DNA of 64,000 bases. It comes from Longimicrobiales bacterium. GTDB lineage: Bacteria > Gemmatimonadota > Gemmatimonadetes > Longimicrobiales > Gaopeijiaceae. The stretch covers positions 628,751 to 692,750 of the forward strand of contig JAWLHJ010000002.1 in the NCBI GenBank assembly GCA_041690395.1, given 5' to 3'. Both the position numbers and the translations under genes were made by a program. Under the pieces are notes generated by a model. The model had not been told where the DNA came from and made no database searches. It saw only the letters and a program-made list of their open reading frames with translations. Positions 10,600 through 20,493 of the stretch are shown here, piece after piece (position 1 is the first letter of the stretch; every line of letters begins with the position of its first letter).

Positions 10600-12213
10600 G
10601 TGAGCTCGAGCTCGTCCACATACGCCGCCGACCGGCGCGGACCTCCCGAGCCCGGCCGGCGGCCCGGCGGCGCGGCGCTACGCCCGCTCGCGCTCCCCGT
10701 CGCCTGCGGCACGCTGCTGTTGGCCGCGGCCTTCGTGTTCTACCGTGGCCACCCCGGTCTCTTCCCAGCGTTCGCGGGCGCGGGCGGCTTCCTTCTCGCC
10801 TGGGCGGCGCTGCTGGCCTGGCACCCCGAGCGGCGCGGGCTCGCCCTCGAAGTCGCCGTGCGGAAGCACCACTGGGTGCAGGCGCTGGCCCAGATCACCG
10901 TCCTCTTCTACTGGGGATGGCACGTCCGGTTCGTCTACGCGTTCCTGCCCCTCATCGTCGCGCAGATCGTCTTCGCCTACGGAGTGGACAGCCTTCTCGC
11001 GTGGACGCGGCGCGGGAAATATGCGCTCGGATTCGGACCGTTCCCGGTCATCATGAGCATCAACCTCTTCCTGTGGGTTCGGCCCGAGTGGTTCTACTGG
11101 CAGTTCGCGATGATCCTCGTGGGCTACCTGGGCAAGGACCTGATCCGCTGGCAGCGCGACGGACGATCGGCCCACATCTTCAACCCGTCGTCCTTCCCGC
11201 TCGCCGTCTTCTCCGTGGCGCTGATCCTGACGGGAACGACGGACATCACGCTCGGCCAGGCCATCGCGAGCTCGCAGTATTACCCGCCGAACATGTACCT
11301 GGTGATCTTCCTGGCGGCGCTGCCGGGACAGCTACTGTTCGGCGTGGCCCGGATGACGATGCCCGCGGTGATCACCGCTTACCTCATCAGCGTCGTCCAC
11401 TTCCAGATCGACGGCACGTATCTCTTCTTCGACTCGCACATCCCCGTGCCCGTGTTCCTGGGGATGCACCTCCTGTTCACGGACCCCTCCACTTCTCCCC
11501 GGAGCGATGCCGGTAGGATTCTGTTCGGGGTGATCTACGGGACCCTGGTCGCGATCCTCTACGTGGCTCTCGGGGCGGCCGGCATCTCGACGTTCTACGA
11601 CAAGCTCCTGCCGGTGCCGTTCATGAACCTCATGGTGCGACGGATCGACCGGCTCGTGAGCGGCCCGGCGGCGGCACCACCCCCCGCGGCCCGTCAGCCC
11701 CCCGCCCCGGCGACCGCCCGCCGCCGGAATCTGGCCTACACGTCGGCCTGGGCGCTCGCCTTCGCCGGGCTAAGCGTGGTCCAGGGGGTCGGCGACCGGC
11801 ACCCGGGCCAGGCGCTTCCCTTCTGGCAGGAGGTCTGCCGCGAGGGCAACAACGCCCGTGCGTGTGACTACGCCGAAGCCATGACCCGGTTCTACTGCGA
11901 GGACGGCTCGGGTTGGGCCTGCAACGAGGTCGGGATGATGGCGGCCGAGGCGGGGAGAGACCCAACGGCGGCGCTCCGCCGATCCTGCGACCTGGGCTTT
12001 CCCGCCGGCTGCGAGAACGCCCGCCTGGCGGCGGAGGGCCCGTCCGCGCTGGAGCGCATGCGGCGGGCCCCGCCCGAGCTGGAGGATCTGCCGATCGTGC
12101 TCCGGGGCACCAAGCGGCCGCTCGCGGGCTGGTCCGCCGAGGCCCTCCATGCCCGGGCATGCGACCAGGGATGGACCGCCGTCTGCGACGGGGGCATCGC
12201 CGGGACGAGCTAG
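10600..12213 (+). CDS. Polytopic membrane protein, RnfD/NqrB/UnbU-like, with C-terminal Cys-rich Sel1-like repeats
   Basis: HIFNPSS and FTDPSTSP motifs in a hydrophobic core; tail with ACNEVG, SCDLGFPAGCEN, ACDQGWTAVC. Confidence 0.65.
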   Translation: MSSSSSTYAADRRGPPEPGRRPGGAALRPLALPVACGTLLLAAAFVFYRGHPGLFPAFAGAGGFLLAWAALLAWHPERRGLALEVAVRKHHWVQALAQITVLFYWGWHVRFVYAFLPLIVAQIVFAYGVDSLLAWTRRGKYALGFGPFPVIMSINLFLWVRPEWFYWQFAMILVGYLGKDLIRWQRDGRSAHIFNPSSFPLAVFSVALILTGTTDITLGQAIASSQYYPPNMYLVIFLAALPGQLLFGVARMTMPAVITAYLISVVHFQIDGTYLFFDSHIPVPVFLGMHLLFTDPSTSPRSDAGRILFGVIYGTLVAILYVALGAAGISTFYDKLLPVPFMNLMVRRIDRLVSGPAAAPPPAARQPPAPATARRRNLAYTSAWALAFAGLSVVQGVGDRHPGQALPFWQEVCREGNNARACDYAEAMTRFYCEDGSGWACNEVGMMAAEAGRDPTAALRRSCDLGFPAGCENARLAAEGPSALERMRRAPPELEDLPIVLRGTKRPLAGWSAEALHARACDQGWTAVCDGGIAGTS

Positions 12214-12254
12214 ACCGCAACGGTCGGGCGCGGCCCGCGGTGGCCCTTTTCGGG

Positions 12255-12283
12255 TTGCGGCTCGCCGGTCGAAATCATAGTCT
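12255..12283 (+). promoter_or_regulatory. sigma-70-like promoter for susC (TTGCGG-17-TAGTCT)
   Basis: -35/-10 with 17-nt spacer about 55 nt before the ATG; GAGGAG RBS. Confidence 0.5.
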
Positions 12284-12337
12284 GCGGCAAGGAACCCCTC
12301 CTTTCCATTTTGTTCCACCAACCCGAGGAGAGCGATC

Positions 12338-15300
12338 ATGATCCCTCCAAAGTTGGTACGTAACGGTCTCACCGTTGCGCTGACTCTCTGTGCCCTGGCC
12401 TGGTCGGACACACTGGCCGCCCAGGACACGGGCCGCATCACGGGCGTCGTAACCGCGGCCGGTACGATGCGGCCTCTGGACGGCGCTCAGGTGACGATCC
12501 AGGGCACCGGCATGGGCGCCCTGACCAACGCCCAGGGCCGATACCTCATTCTGAACGTGCCTGCGGGCCAGCACACCGTTCAGGTCACGACGCTGGGGTA
12601 CAGCACCATTTCGCAGACCACCACGGTGCAGGCCGGCGGCACGGCCGAGGTCAGCTTCCAGGTCGAAGAAACCGCGCTCGCGCTCGACGAGATCGTCGTG
12701 ACGGGCACGGCCGCCGAGGTGCGCGCCAAAGAGGTGGGCAACTCCCTCGACGCCGTGACATCGCGAGACATCGAGAACCTCCCGGTGAGCAACACCCAGG
12801 ATATTCTCTCCGGACGCGCGCCCGGCGTGACCATCATGGCGAACAGCGGACAGGCCGGCGCCGGCGGCAGCATCAAGATCCGCGGCGTCAACACGGTCTC
12901 GCAGACGGCGTCCCCGCTCATCTACGTGGACGGGGTCCGCATCTACAACGAGCCCACGCGCGCGGGATGGGGTGGTCGTCAGTCCACCAACCCGCTGCAG
13001 GACATCGCCGCCGAGGACATCGAGCGGGTCGAGGTCGTGAAGGGCGCGGCCGCCACCACGCTCTACGGAACGGAGGCGTCCGCGGGCGTCATCCAGATCT
13101 TCACCAAGCAGGGCGTCAGCGGCGCTCCCATCTGGACCGGTGAGATCGGGTTGGGCGCCAGCCACATGCCCCAGTTCCTGGCCGACACCAGCGGGGACCC
13201 CACCGACCTCTACACGAAGTGCGGCGACCTGGACAACCTGTACTCGCTCAACGTCCAGGCGAGTCCTTCGGACCCCGATTTCGGTGACCGGGTCTACATG
13301 CAGGACCCGACCTGTCCGTCCGACGGCAACTGGCAGGAGCTCGGACCCATCCAGCAGTACTCGGTGTCGGTTCGTGGCGGCGCGGGTGACGTGACGTACT
13401 ACCTGTCGGGGAACTTCAACGACCAGCAGGGCATCCTCCCGACGCAGGGCTCCAAGGACGGCGGCTTCCGCGGCAACTTCGGCTTCGCGCCGACCGACGA
13501 GCTCAGCTTCTCGCTCAACAGCTCCTACACCCGCCGTGACACCCGCTGGGTCGCGGACGGGAACAACGCCGTCGGCTTCCTGCTCAACGTGGGCCGGGGC
13601 GCGCAGAACTACTTGAAGGGCGGCAAGGGCGACGACTGCGCCGATGTGCCCGCCGACCGGACCTGCATCACGAACGGGTATCTGTTCGAGCAGGACCTGC
13701 TCACGCAGGGCGACCACTTCATCACGGGCTTCACGGCCGAGTGGAACCCGATGGAAGGGCTGTCCAACCGGTTCACCGTCGGCTGGGACTATCTCGACCT
13801 CAAGAACGAGACGACGCGGCCGTTCGGAAATCTGTTCACGCCCGACGGCTATTTCTGGGACGAGAACACGACGAACACCAAGCTGTCGCTGGACTATGCC
13901 GGCTCGTTCCAGAACAGCTTCGGTGACGACGTGGCCTCCACCTTCTCCTGGGGTGGTCAGATCTTCCGCGACTACCACCGGTGGACGGAGCTGGACGTCG
14001 GCAACTTCGCCGGCCCCGGACGTCCGACCATCGACTCCGGCGCGGAAGTGACGTACCGGAACGAAAACCAGGTCAGTCAGACCAGCGCCGGCTTCTTCCT
14101 CCAGGAGATGCTCGGTTGGAAGGACCTCCTCTTCGTCACCGCCGGGATGCGCGTGGACGGCAACAGCGCGTTCGGTGAGAACTTCGGGCTTCAGGTCTAT
14201 CCGAAGCTGAGCGTGTCGTACATTCTGTCCGACTACGACTTCTGGCCTTCCGAGACGTTCGAGACCTTCAAGCTCCGTGCGGCGATCGGAGAGTCCGGCA
14301 AGGCGCCGCCACCGTTCGCCCGCGTGCGCACCTGGGGCGCGGCGAACATCGAGGGTCAGGCGGGCTTCACGCCCGACGACCCCGGCAACCCCGATGTCGG
14401 TCCGGAGCGCACACGTGAGCTCGAGGTCGGCTTCGACGCCTCGGCGATCCAGGGCCGTCTCGGTGTGGAGGCCACGTACTTCTCGGCCCGCACCACCGAC
14501 GCGCTGATCAACGTCGACCTTCCGGCCTCCGAGGGCTTCCTCGTCAACCGCACGACGAACGTCGGCGAGCTGCAGAACTCGGGCTTCGAGTTCCAGATCA
14601 CGACGGGGCTGCTGCGGACCGAGACCTTCGACTGGCGCGTCCGCACGAACATGTCGTTCCTCAGGTCCGAGGCCATCGACCTCGATGGTGACCCGGACTT
14701 CGACACCTGCATCTACGTCGGTCTTCTGTCCGAGATCTGCGAGGGTGCGCGGTTCCCGGTGCTGGTCGGAGACATGATCACGAATCCGGACGCGTTCGCC
14801 GACCCGGTGATCGTGGAGGACACGACCATCGGACCCACCTACCCGACGCGCATGATCGGCATCGGGACGACGCTGAGCATCGGCAACAACCTGACCGTCG
14901 ACGCGCTGCTCGAGCACCAGGGTGGACACTACCTGACCAACTACACCGGATACCAGAACGGCCGCCGGGGCGCCTGGTTCCCCTGCTTCGAGATCCAGGG
15001 GCAGATGATCGAGGCCTATGAGGGCAACGCGTCGGCGCTCGACGGCGTCACGGCACAGGAGCGCGCCCGCTGCGCCATCAGCAGCACCGTCAACCCGGGA
15101 TACGGCTACAGCTCCGACTACTGGATGGAGAAGGCCGACTTCTGGAAGCTCCGCCAGATCACCTTGAGCTACCGGCTGCCCGAAGGACTCCTGGCCTTCG
15201 CCCGGAGCGCCACGGTGAACCTCTCGGCCCGCAACCTGTTCATGTGGACCGACTACTCCGGCACGGACCCGGAGGTGCAGGACTTCGCGGACCAGACCGG

Positions 15301-15394
15301 TACCACGGTCGGAGGCGGCGAGTTCGGCCGGCGCGACTACTACCAGATCCCCAACCCGCGGACGTATATGCTCAGCGTCCGCCTCAGCTGGTGA
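12338..15394 (+). CDS. susC: SusC/RagA-family TonB-dependent outer membrane receptor
   Basis: Signal peptide, carboxypeptidase-regulatory-like N-domain, LDEIVVTG, PLIYVDGV, IERVEVVKGAAATTLYG, C-terminal PRTYMLSVRLSW. Confidence 0.92.
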   Translation: MIPPKLVRNGLTVALTLCALAWSDTLAAQDTGRITGVVTAAGTMRPLDGAQVTIQGTGMGALTNAQGRYLILNVPAGQHTVQVTTLGYSTISQTTTVQAGGTAEVSFQVEETALALDEIVVTGTAAEVRAKEVGNSLDAVTSRDIENLPVSNTQDILSGRAPGVTIMANSGQAGAGGSIKIRGVNTVSQTASPLIYVDGVRIYNEPTRAGWGGRQSTNPLQDIAAEDIERVEVVKGAAATTLYGTEASAGVIQIFTKQGVSGAPIWTGEIGLGASHMPQFLADTSGDPTDLYTKCGDLDNLYSLNVQASPSDPDFGDRVYMQDPTCPSDGNWQELGPIQQYSVSVRGGAGDVTYYLSGNFNDQQGILPTQGSKDGGFRGNFGFAPTDELSFSLNSSYTRRDTRWVADGNNAVGFLLNVGRGAQNYLKGGKGDDCADVPADRTCITNGYLFEQDLLTQGDHFITGFTAEWNPMEGLSNRFTVGWDYLDLKNETTRPFGNLFTPDGYFWDENTTNTKLSLDYAGSFQNSFGDDVASTFSWGGQIFRDYHRWTELDVGNFAGPGRPTIDSGAEVTYRNENQVSQTSAGFFLQEMLGWKDLLFVTAGMRVDGNSAFGENFGLQVYPKLSVSYILSDYDFWPSETFETFKLRAAIGESGKAPPPFARVRTWGAANIEGQAGFTPDDPGNPDVGPERTRELEVGFDASAIQGRLGVEATYFSARTTDALINVDLPASEGFLVNRTTNVGELQNSGFEFQITTGLLRTETFDWRVRTNMSFLRSEAIDLDGDPDFDTCIYVGLLSEICEGARFPVLVGDMITNPDAFADPVIVEDTTIGPTYPTRMIGIGTTLSIGNNLTVDALLEHQGGHYLTNYTGYQNGRRGAWFPCFEIQGQMIEAYEGNASALDGVTAQERARCAISSTVNPGYGYSSDYWMEKADFWKLRQITLSYRLPEGLLAFARSATVNLSARNLFMWTDYSGTDPEVQDFADQTGTTVGGGEFGRRDYYQIPNPRTYMLSVRLSW

Positions 15395-15405
15395 GGAGGC
15401 GAACC

Positions 15406-16626
15406 ATGACGCATTGGACCAAGACGACGAGACTCGCGACGCTGGCGGCCGCCGTGATGGCGGTCACCGCTTGCGACGGGCTCCTGGACGTGGACAGCCC
15501 CGGACGGATCGGGGACGACGACCTGGGCTCCGCCGACGCCATTCCCGGCATGGTGGTGGGGATGCAGTACGACATGAGCCAGGCCGTCGACGGTGGGCTC
15601 GAGCTCATCTCCATGGCCAGCATGGAGCTCTACCACGGCGGCAGCTACGGCTGGTCCGAGATCCCGAGAGGGACGATCGAGGACGACGATTCCAGCCCGT
15701 GGAACAGCGCCCAGCAGGCGCGTTGGGTCGCGGAGCAGGGTATCCTCCGCATGGGGGAGATCCTGGAGCCGGACCAGTTCGCCGAGAGCCCGTACGCAGC
15801 GGAGGCCAACGTCTGGGCCGGGTTCGCCAACCGGTACCTGGGCGAGGTCTTCTGCTCGAGCGTCATCGACGGCGGGCCTGAGATCGACCATGCCGAGCAC
15901 TTCACCCGAGCGGAGGGTTACTTCAGCGACGCGATCACCCTCGCGCAGGCCGCGGGCCGCACCGATCTCGAGCACGCGGCTTATGCCGGACGTGCCACGG
16001 TGCGCGCCTGGCAGGGCAACTGGAGCGGTGCCGCGACCGACGCCGCGGAGGTGCCGGTCGGCTTCACGTGGTGGGCGCAGCTCGACACGGAGATGCGCAA
16101 CGAGATCACCTACGAGACCCACACCCGCTTCGAGTACTCGGTGTGGGGCACGATCTTCGAGGATCACCCCGACGACCCGAGGGCTCCGTGGGAGATCGAG
16201 TTGAACAACGACATGACGGTGGCGAACGGCGCCAACGGCACTACACCCCACTACAAGCAGCTGAAGTACACGGATCGGGCGGATGACATCCCGCTCGCCA
16301 AGGGTACGGAGATGCTGGTGCTTCGCGCCGAAGCTGCGTTGCGTGAGGGTGCGTCGGGAATCCCGGCCGCGTACGACCTCATGAACGAGGCGCGCGACTA
16401 CTACGAGATGGACCCGCTGACCCCGACGGCGACCCTCGAGGAGGCGTGGGCCGACCTGCACTTCGAGCGGTTGGCTACGAACTGGATCGAGGGCCGAGGA
16501 CTGTGGGACTACCGCCGCTGGTCGCAGGAAACGGGCCCGGCGCAGAACAACGAGCTGGACGGACGCGACCTCTGCTGGCCCATTCCGGAGTCGGAGAAGG
16601 ACGCGAACGTGAACTTCAGAGGCTGA
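15406..16626 (+). CDS. susD: SusD/RagB-family lipoprotein
   Basis: GAGGAGG RBS, lipobox VTAC-DGLL, EMLVLRAEAAL, WIEGRGLWDYRR, WPIPESE. Confidence 0.88.
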   Translation: MTHWTKTTRLATLAAAVMAVTACDGLLDVDSPGRIGDDDLGSADAIPGMVVGMQYDMSQAVDGGLELISMASMELYHGGSYGWSEIPRGTIEDDDSSPWNSAQQARWVAEQGILRMGEILEPDQFAESPYAAEANVWAGFANRYLGEVFCSSVIDGGPEIDHAEHFTRAEGYFSDAITLAQAAGRTDLEHAAYAGRATVRAWQGNWSGAATDAAEVPVGFTWWAQLDTEMRNEITYETHTRFEYSVWGTIFEDHPDDPRAPWEIELNNDMTVANGANGTTPHYKQLKYTDRADDIPLAKGTEMLVLRAEAALREGASGIPAAYDLMNEARDYYEMDPLTPTATLEEAWADLHFERLATNWIEGRGLWDYRRWSQETGPAQNNELDGRDLCWPIPESEKDANVNFRG

Positions 16627-16658
16627 CGCACACCACCGTCACATCTGAGAGAAACACG

Positions 16659-16689
16659 GCAGGGGCGGCTTCGGCCGCCCCTGCTTTTT
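16659..16689 (+). terminator. Rho-independent terminator
   Basis: GCAGGGGCGGC-TTCG-GCCGCCCCTGC followed by TTTTT. Confidence 0.9.
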
Positions 16690-16739
16690 CTTAGATTTGG
16701 AACCGGTTGAACGCTCGACCGCAGACGAAAGGAGGGCCG

Positions 16740-17234
16740 ATGAGACACAGACCCATCCGCACCATGGCGGCCGTCAGCGTGGCCGCGTCGCTCCTCTCCG
16801 GCTGTTACACGTACCGGGCTGCGGAGCTTTCCGAAGTGGTTCCTCAGAGCCGCGTGAGGCTGACCGTGTCGGCACGCCAGGCCGTGGAGCTCGAGGAAGC
16901 GCTACGCGACACGCGGCGTACCTTCAACGCCACGTACATGGGCGAGAGCAACGGCGAGCTGCTCTTCGAGGTGCCTATCCTGAACCCCACGCCGGGGATG
17001 TCCTCCAGGGCCGTCAACAACCGGGTGTCGGTACCGCGGAGCGAGGTCACCGGCCTGGAGCGCCGGGAACTGTCGAAGTGGCGCACGGCTTCGGTGATCG
17101 CGGCCGGTGTCCTTGCCGTCGGCGTCGGCGCCTGGGAGGTGTTCGGCACGAACAACGACGGTCCCGACGAGGACAAGCCGCCGGATGTGAACAACGTCCG
17201 GATCCCGCTGTTCTCGTTCCCGATCGGTAGGTAG
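16740..17234 (+). CDS. Hypothetical lipoprotein
   Basis: AGGAGG RBS, lipobox LLSGC-YTY, hydrophobic segment near the C-terminus. Confidence 0.7.
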   Translation: MRHRPIRTMAAVSVAASLLSGCYTYRAAELSEVVPQSRVRLTVSARQAVELEEALRDTRRTFNATYMGESNGELLFEVPILNPTPGMSSRAVNNRVSVPRSEVTGLERRELSKWRTASVIAAGVLAVGVGAWEVFGTNNDGPDEDKPPDVNNVRIPLFSFPIGR

Positions 17235-17246
17235 CCGGGCTACGGC

Positions 17247-18206
17247 CTACCGCTGCCTCGCCAGCCACACGAGGATTTCGTCCAACGCCGCGGGCGAGAA
17301 CGTGTGGCGGGTCCTGCCGGGCACCACGCGGACGGTGGCGTCCGCCGTGGGCGCCGCGGCTATGCCGCGCTCCAGCGCCGCCACGTAGTCGTCCATGGGA
17401 GTGTTGGGGTCCTCCGTCCCGATGAGCACCAGCACGGGCCCCGTCAGCGCCGCGAGCGCCGCCTCTGGCACGAACGCCAGCCGGTCGTGCCAGAGGCGAC
17501 TCGCGAAGAAGCGCATCTGCCGCTCGTCGGCGGGGAAGGCCGCATTCCTCGGCAACTCCGCGCGAGAGCGTGCCCGCAGCGCCTCGAGCCGGTACAGCCG
17601 GTCGCCCGGTGTCCGGGTGCCGAGCACCGTCTCGGCGATTTCCCGGGTGTAGGCGTCTAGCGCCTCGAGCTCGTCCGGGCCGGCGCCCTGGTTATCCGCG
17701 ATCCACCGCTGCTCCATGCGGAACGCCTCGACGCCCGGGAACGCCGGCGGAGCAATGAGGACGAGCGGGACGGCGGGATCGCTCCCCGCGGCGAACAGCA
17801 TGGCCTGCGGCGTGTTGTCGCCCTGCGCCACCAGCGCGACCGCGTCGCCGTCGACGGACGCGAGGCTCCGCAGGTAAGCCATGGCCGCCGCGACATCTCC
17901 AGCGAGATCCTCGAAGGTGGCGCGCAGGAGCGGCTCGACCGTCACGAAGCCGCGCAGCTCCGGCGCCAGCACCGCGTAGCCCTCGCCCACGAGGCGCTCC
18001 ACGGCCGGGTCCGTGCCCGCCACGGACAGCAACACGACGCCGGCGTGCGGGCCCGCTCCAGCCGGTAGGGCGAGCGTCGCGGAGAGCTCCGTACCGTCGC
18101 GCGGGTTGAGGTAGCGAACCTGCTCGGTCGGGGGCGCGGTCTGGGCCGCTGACGGAGCCGCGACCAGTGAGCCGGCGACGACGGCGAACCAGACGGCGAC
18201 CCGCAT
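17247..18206 (-). CDS. Exported alpha/beta-hydrolase-fold protein with degenerate nucleophile elbow
   Basis: Signal peptide, DGTELSATLALP, GYAVL..RG, PVLVLIGTED; ALVAQGD where GxSxG is expected. Confidence 0.75.
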   Translation of the reverse strand: MRVAVWFAVVAGSLVAAPSAAQTAPPTEQVRYLNPRDGTELSATLALPAGAGPHAGVVLLSVAGTDPAVERLVGEGYAVLAPELRGFVTVEPLLRATFEDLAGDVAAAMAYLRSLASVDGDAVALVAQGDNTPQAMLFAAGSDPAVPLVLIAPPAFPGVEAFRMEQRWIADNQGAGPDELEALDAYTREIAETVLGTRTPGDRLYRLEALRARSRAELPRNAAFPADERQMRFFASRLWHDRLAFVPEAALAALTGPVLVLIGTEDPNTPMDDYVAALERGIAAAPTADATVRVVPGRTRHTFSPAALDEILVWLARQR

Positions 18207-18591
18207 CACGGCAAGGATTCCGGACGAAACGGAGTGTGCGTGGACGCTTGGAGACATGACGGCTCTACGATGCGAAAGTGGGGACGGTCCATCCTCCCAC
18301 CCGTCGGGCGACCGCTGGTTCCCTTCCAACATCCTATCCCGCAGGAAGATACGCTGCCGTGCGGTCACCAGGAAGGACGGGATCTCGACGTCCCCGGTGC
18401 CGATGGAGCAACCTCCCTCGCACGGGCGGGCGATGCTCGGGGACGGTCGATCGGGAGACAAGGACCACGCCTGGCCAGCCTCACCGCCACCGCCGCAATA
18501 TGACGTAGATCCTTGCCAGCCTGCCTCTCGGTACGTAGTTGGATACATTGATATTCGGCTATGTGACCCATCACCGTAGGGAGGTTCAGGT

Positions 18592-18885
18592 ATGACCAAG
18601 GACGAATTTTCGGCGAAGCTCGCGAAGCAGGCGGATCTGAGCAAAGCCAAGGCGCGCGAAGTGATCGACTGCATCTTCTCGACGGAACCGAGAGAAGGGA
18701 TCATCGCCGTCGAGCTCGACGCTGGGCGTGACTTCACCGTGTCCGGCTTCGGCACCTTCGGCACGCGGCGCCGCAAGGCACGCGAGGGCCGCAACCCCCG
18801 CACCGGCGAGACCATCCAGATTCCGGCGATGACCGTTCCGACCTTCAAGGCCGGCAAGGGGCTCAAGGATCGCGTTCGCACCTGA
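18592..18885 (+). CDS. hup: HU-family DNA-binding protein
   Basis: GFGTF, RKAREGRNPRTGETIQIPA, PTFKAGKGLKD; GGAGG RBS. Confidence 0.95.
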   Translation: MTKDEFSAKLAKQADLSKAKAREVIDCIFSTEPREGIIAVELDAGRDFTVSGFGTFGTRRRKAREGRNPRTGETIQIPAMTVPTFKAGKGLKDRVRT

Positions 18886-18949
18886 GCCGCCTTCGACCCG
18901 ACGGCCCGAGTGAGCGACCTCGGCAGCCCCACCGGGTAACGAGTGCCGG

Positions 18950-18991
18950 AAGCCCCGCCCGAGGTAGTTGTCTCGGGCGGGGCTTTTCTTT
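18950..18991 (+). terminator. Rho-independent terminator
   Basis: AAGCCCCGCCCGAG / CTCGGGCGGGGCTT stem followed by a T-rich tail. Confidence 0.85.
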
Positions 18992-19083
18992 CATGCCTGA
19001 TACTTCGTCGCGCCCGCGAACCGTGGGCATGTGACGGCCCACGTGGGCCGTCACTTCTTCGGGCGTCCGATCGTTGACGGGGC

Positions 19084-19764
19084 ATGACTCCACATCGCCG
19101 TCGTCTCGCCGCTCGGGCCACCCTGGCCCTTCTCGCTATGGCCGCGGTGGCCGCCCATCCTCTGTCGGCGCAGGCCTCCGGCACCACGTTCGGCATCGGC
19201 TTCGGGCCGTTCAAGGCGTATCCGGACGAGTTCGAGGGCGGGGGCTGCGAGGGCAGCTACGTCGGATTCAACCTCGGGGCGCGCCGGGCGCTGTCGAGCG
19301 TCGTGGCGATCGAGGGCAGCGTGGCATGGACCGGCTCGCTCGCGACGTCCTGCGTACTGGCGAACGACGCGCTCAGTCGCCCCGCTCCCATGGACGGCGA
19401 TACGTACAGTCGTACATCCCTGGCGCCGGAAATCCCCGGCGAGACCTTCTGGGCGACGAGGCTGGGAGCGGTCGTGTCGCCGTGGACGACCGGCCCCGTC
19501 ACTCCGCTCCTGCGGGTGACCGGCGGCCGTCTCTGGAGCAAGAGGCTCTGGACGTGGACCGCCGGGGCCGGGCTTCGCTACGGCTTCGGGCGCCAGGCCG
19601 TGGTCCTCGATGTGGAGCGGTGGAACCTGGCATACGACGTCACCCGGGAGACGTGGATCTACCGTGAGAGCGCGGCCGACGAGCTGCAGAGCAGCGAAGT
19701 CGTGGAGCGTCGTCCGAGGCCCTGGTTCCTTCGGCTGGGCTGGGAGATGACGGTGGGGCGGTGA
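19084..19764 (+). CDS. Hypothetical exported protein, probable outer-membrane beta-barrel
   Basis: Signal peptide ending LSA-Q, alternating amphipathic strands, C-terminal FLRLGWEMTV. Confidence 0.6.
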   Translation: MTPHRRRLAARATLALLAMAAVAAHPLSAQASGTTFGIGFGPFKAYPDEFEGGGCEGSYVGFNLGARRALSSVVAIEGSVAWTGSLATSCVLANDALSRPAPMDGDTYSRTSLAPEIPGETFWATRLGAVVSPWTTGPVTPLLRVTGGRLWSKRLWTWTAGAGLRYGFGRQAVVLDVERWNLAYDVTRETWIYRESAADELQSSEVVERRPRPWFLRLGWEMTVGR

Positions 19765-19768
19765 GGAG

Positions 19769-20306
19769 TCAGCGATCCCCTGTCCTGACCCAGCGGGCCC
19801 CTCGTCCTCGTCCTTCCACCCTGAGCCCTCCCTCGTCGCGGAGGTTACGCAGAACGTGCCGGATCATGTCTCGGCTGACACCGGGACAATCCTCCTCGAT
19901 CTCGGAGATCGCGAATGGAGCCGAGCGCCGAGCCACAGCGGCTTCGACCAGGGCGGTCTTTGCTCCGCGGCCTCCGAGCACCCGTCCCGCGCGATCGCGA
20001 AACTCGTCGTACCCCCTGAGCAGCGTGCCCCAGAAGTACGATCTCCTGTTCCGATCGGTCGGTGGGTTGCGCGTCACGGAGGATCACCGCCCGCAAGCGA
20101 TCCGGAGGGGCCACGACACCCTCCAAGCGGCTCGAGGATTCCGACGACTCGACGATCGCGATGGTTCGCAGAGCGTCCAGTGCCTCAGGCACCTGCTGCC
20201 GGTACAGCTCCTCCTCGCCTCGATGCTCGCCCAACGACCGTAGGGTCGATCCATGCTCGGACGTGAGCCTCAGTCCATCGAGGAAGGACGCGGTGAGGGA
20301 ATGCAT
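19769..20306 (-). pseudogene. Fic-family gene remnant with internal deletion and frameshift
   Basis: N-terminal MHSLT..VESSESSSRLEGV..RSEQEI joins at about 20040, in another frame, to C-terminal YFWGTLLRGY..CPGVSRDMIRHVL..GRGRGARW; no HPFxDGNGR core. Confidence 0.8.
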
Positions 20307-20472
20307 GGCGAGAGGATGAAAGAGGGTAACAAACCTCCACATGGAGGTACTGGGCACCCCATTATTACCCCTATTGGGTCCACGGAGCCAGGATTCCGTC
20401 GGCTGCGGGTGTTCCGTAACGATCTGAGTGGCCGTCGTGAATCCGTCCGGTCGCGAGAACCGAAGGGGCTCC

Positions 20473-20493
20473 AGTGGGCCTGGGAAGATTTGA
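20473..20493 (-). repeat. 21-bp direct repeat of the tRNA-Ile 3-prime end (att-like)
   Basis: AGTGGGCCTGGGAAGATTTGA is identical at 20473-20493 and 20668-20688. Confidence 0.9.

Noticed and set aside
18207..19214. N-terminal extension of the 655-aa ORF
   Set aside because: Runs antisense through hup and its terminator; the real start is the signal peptide at 18206
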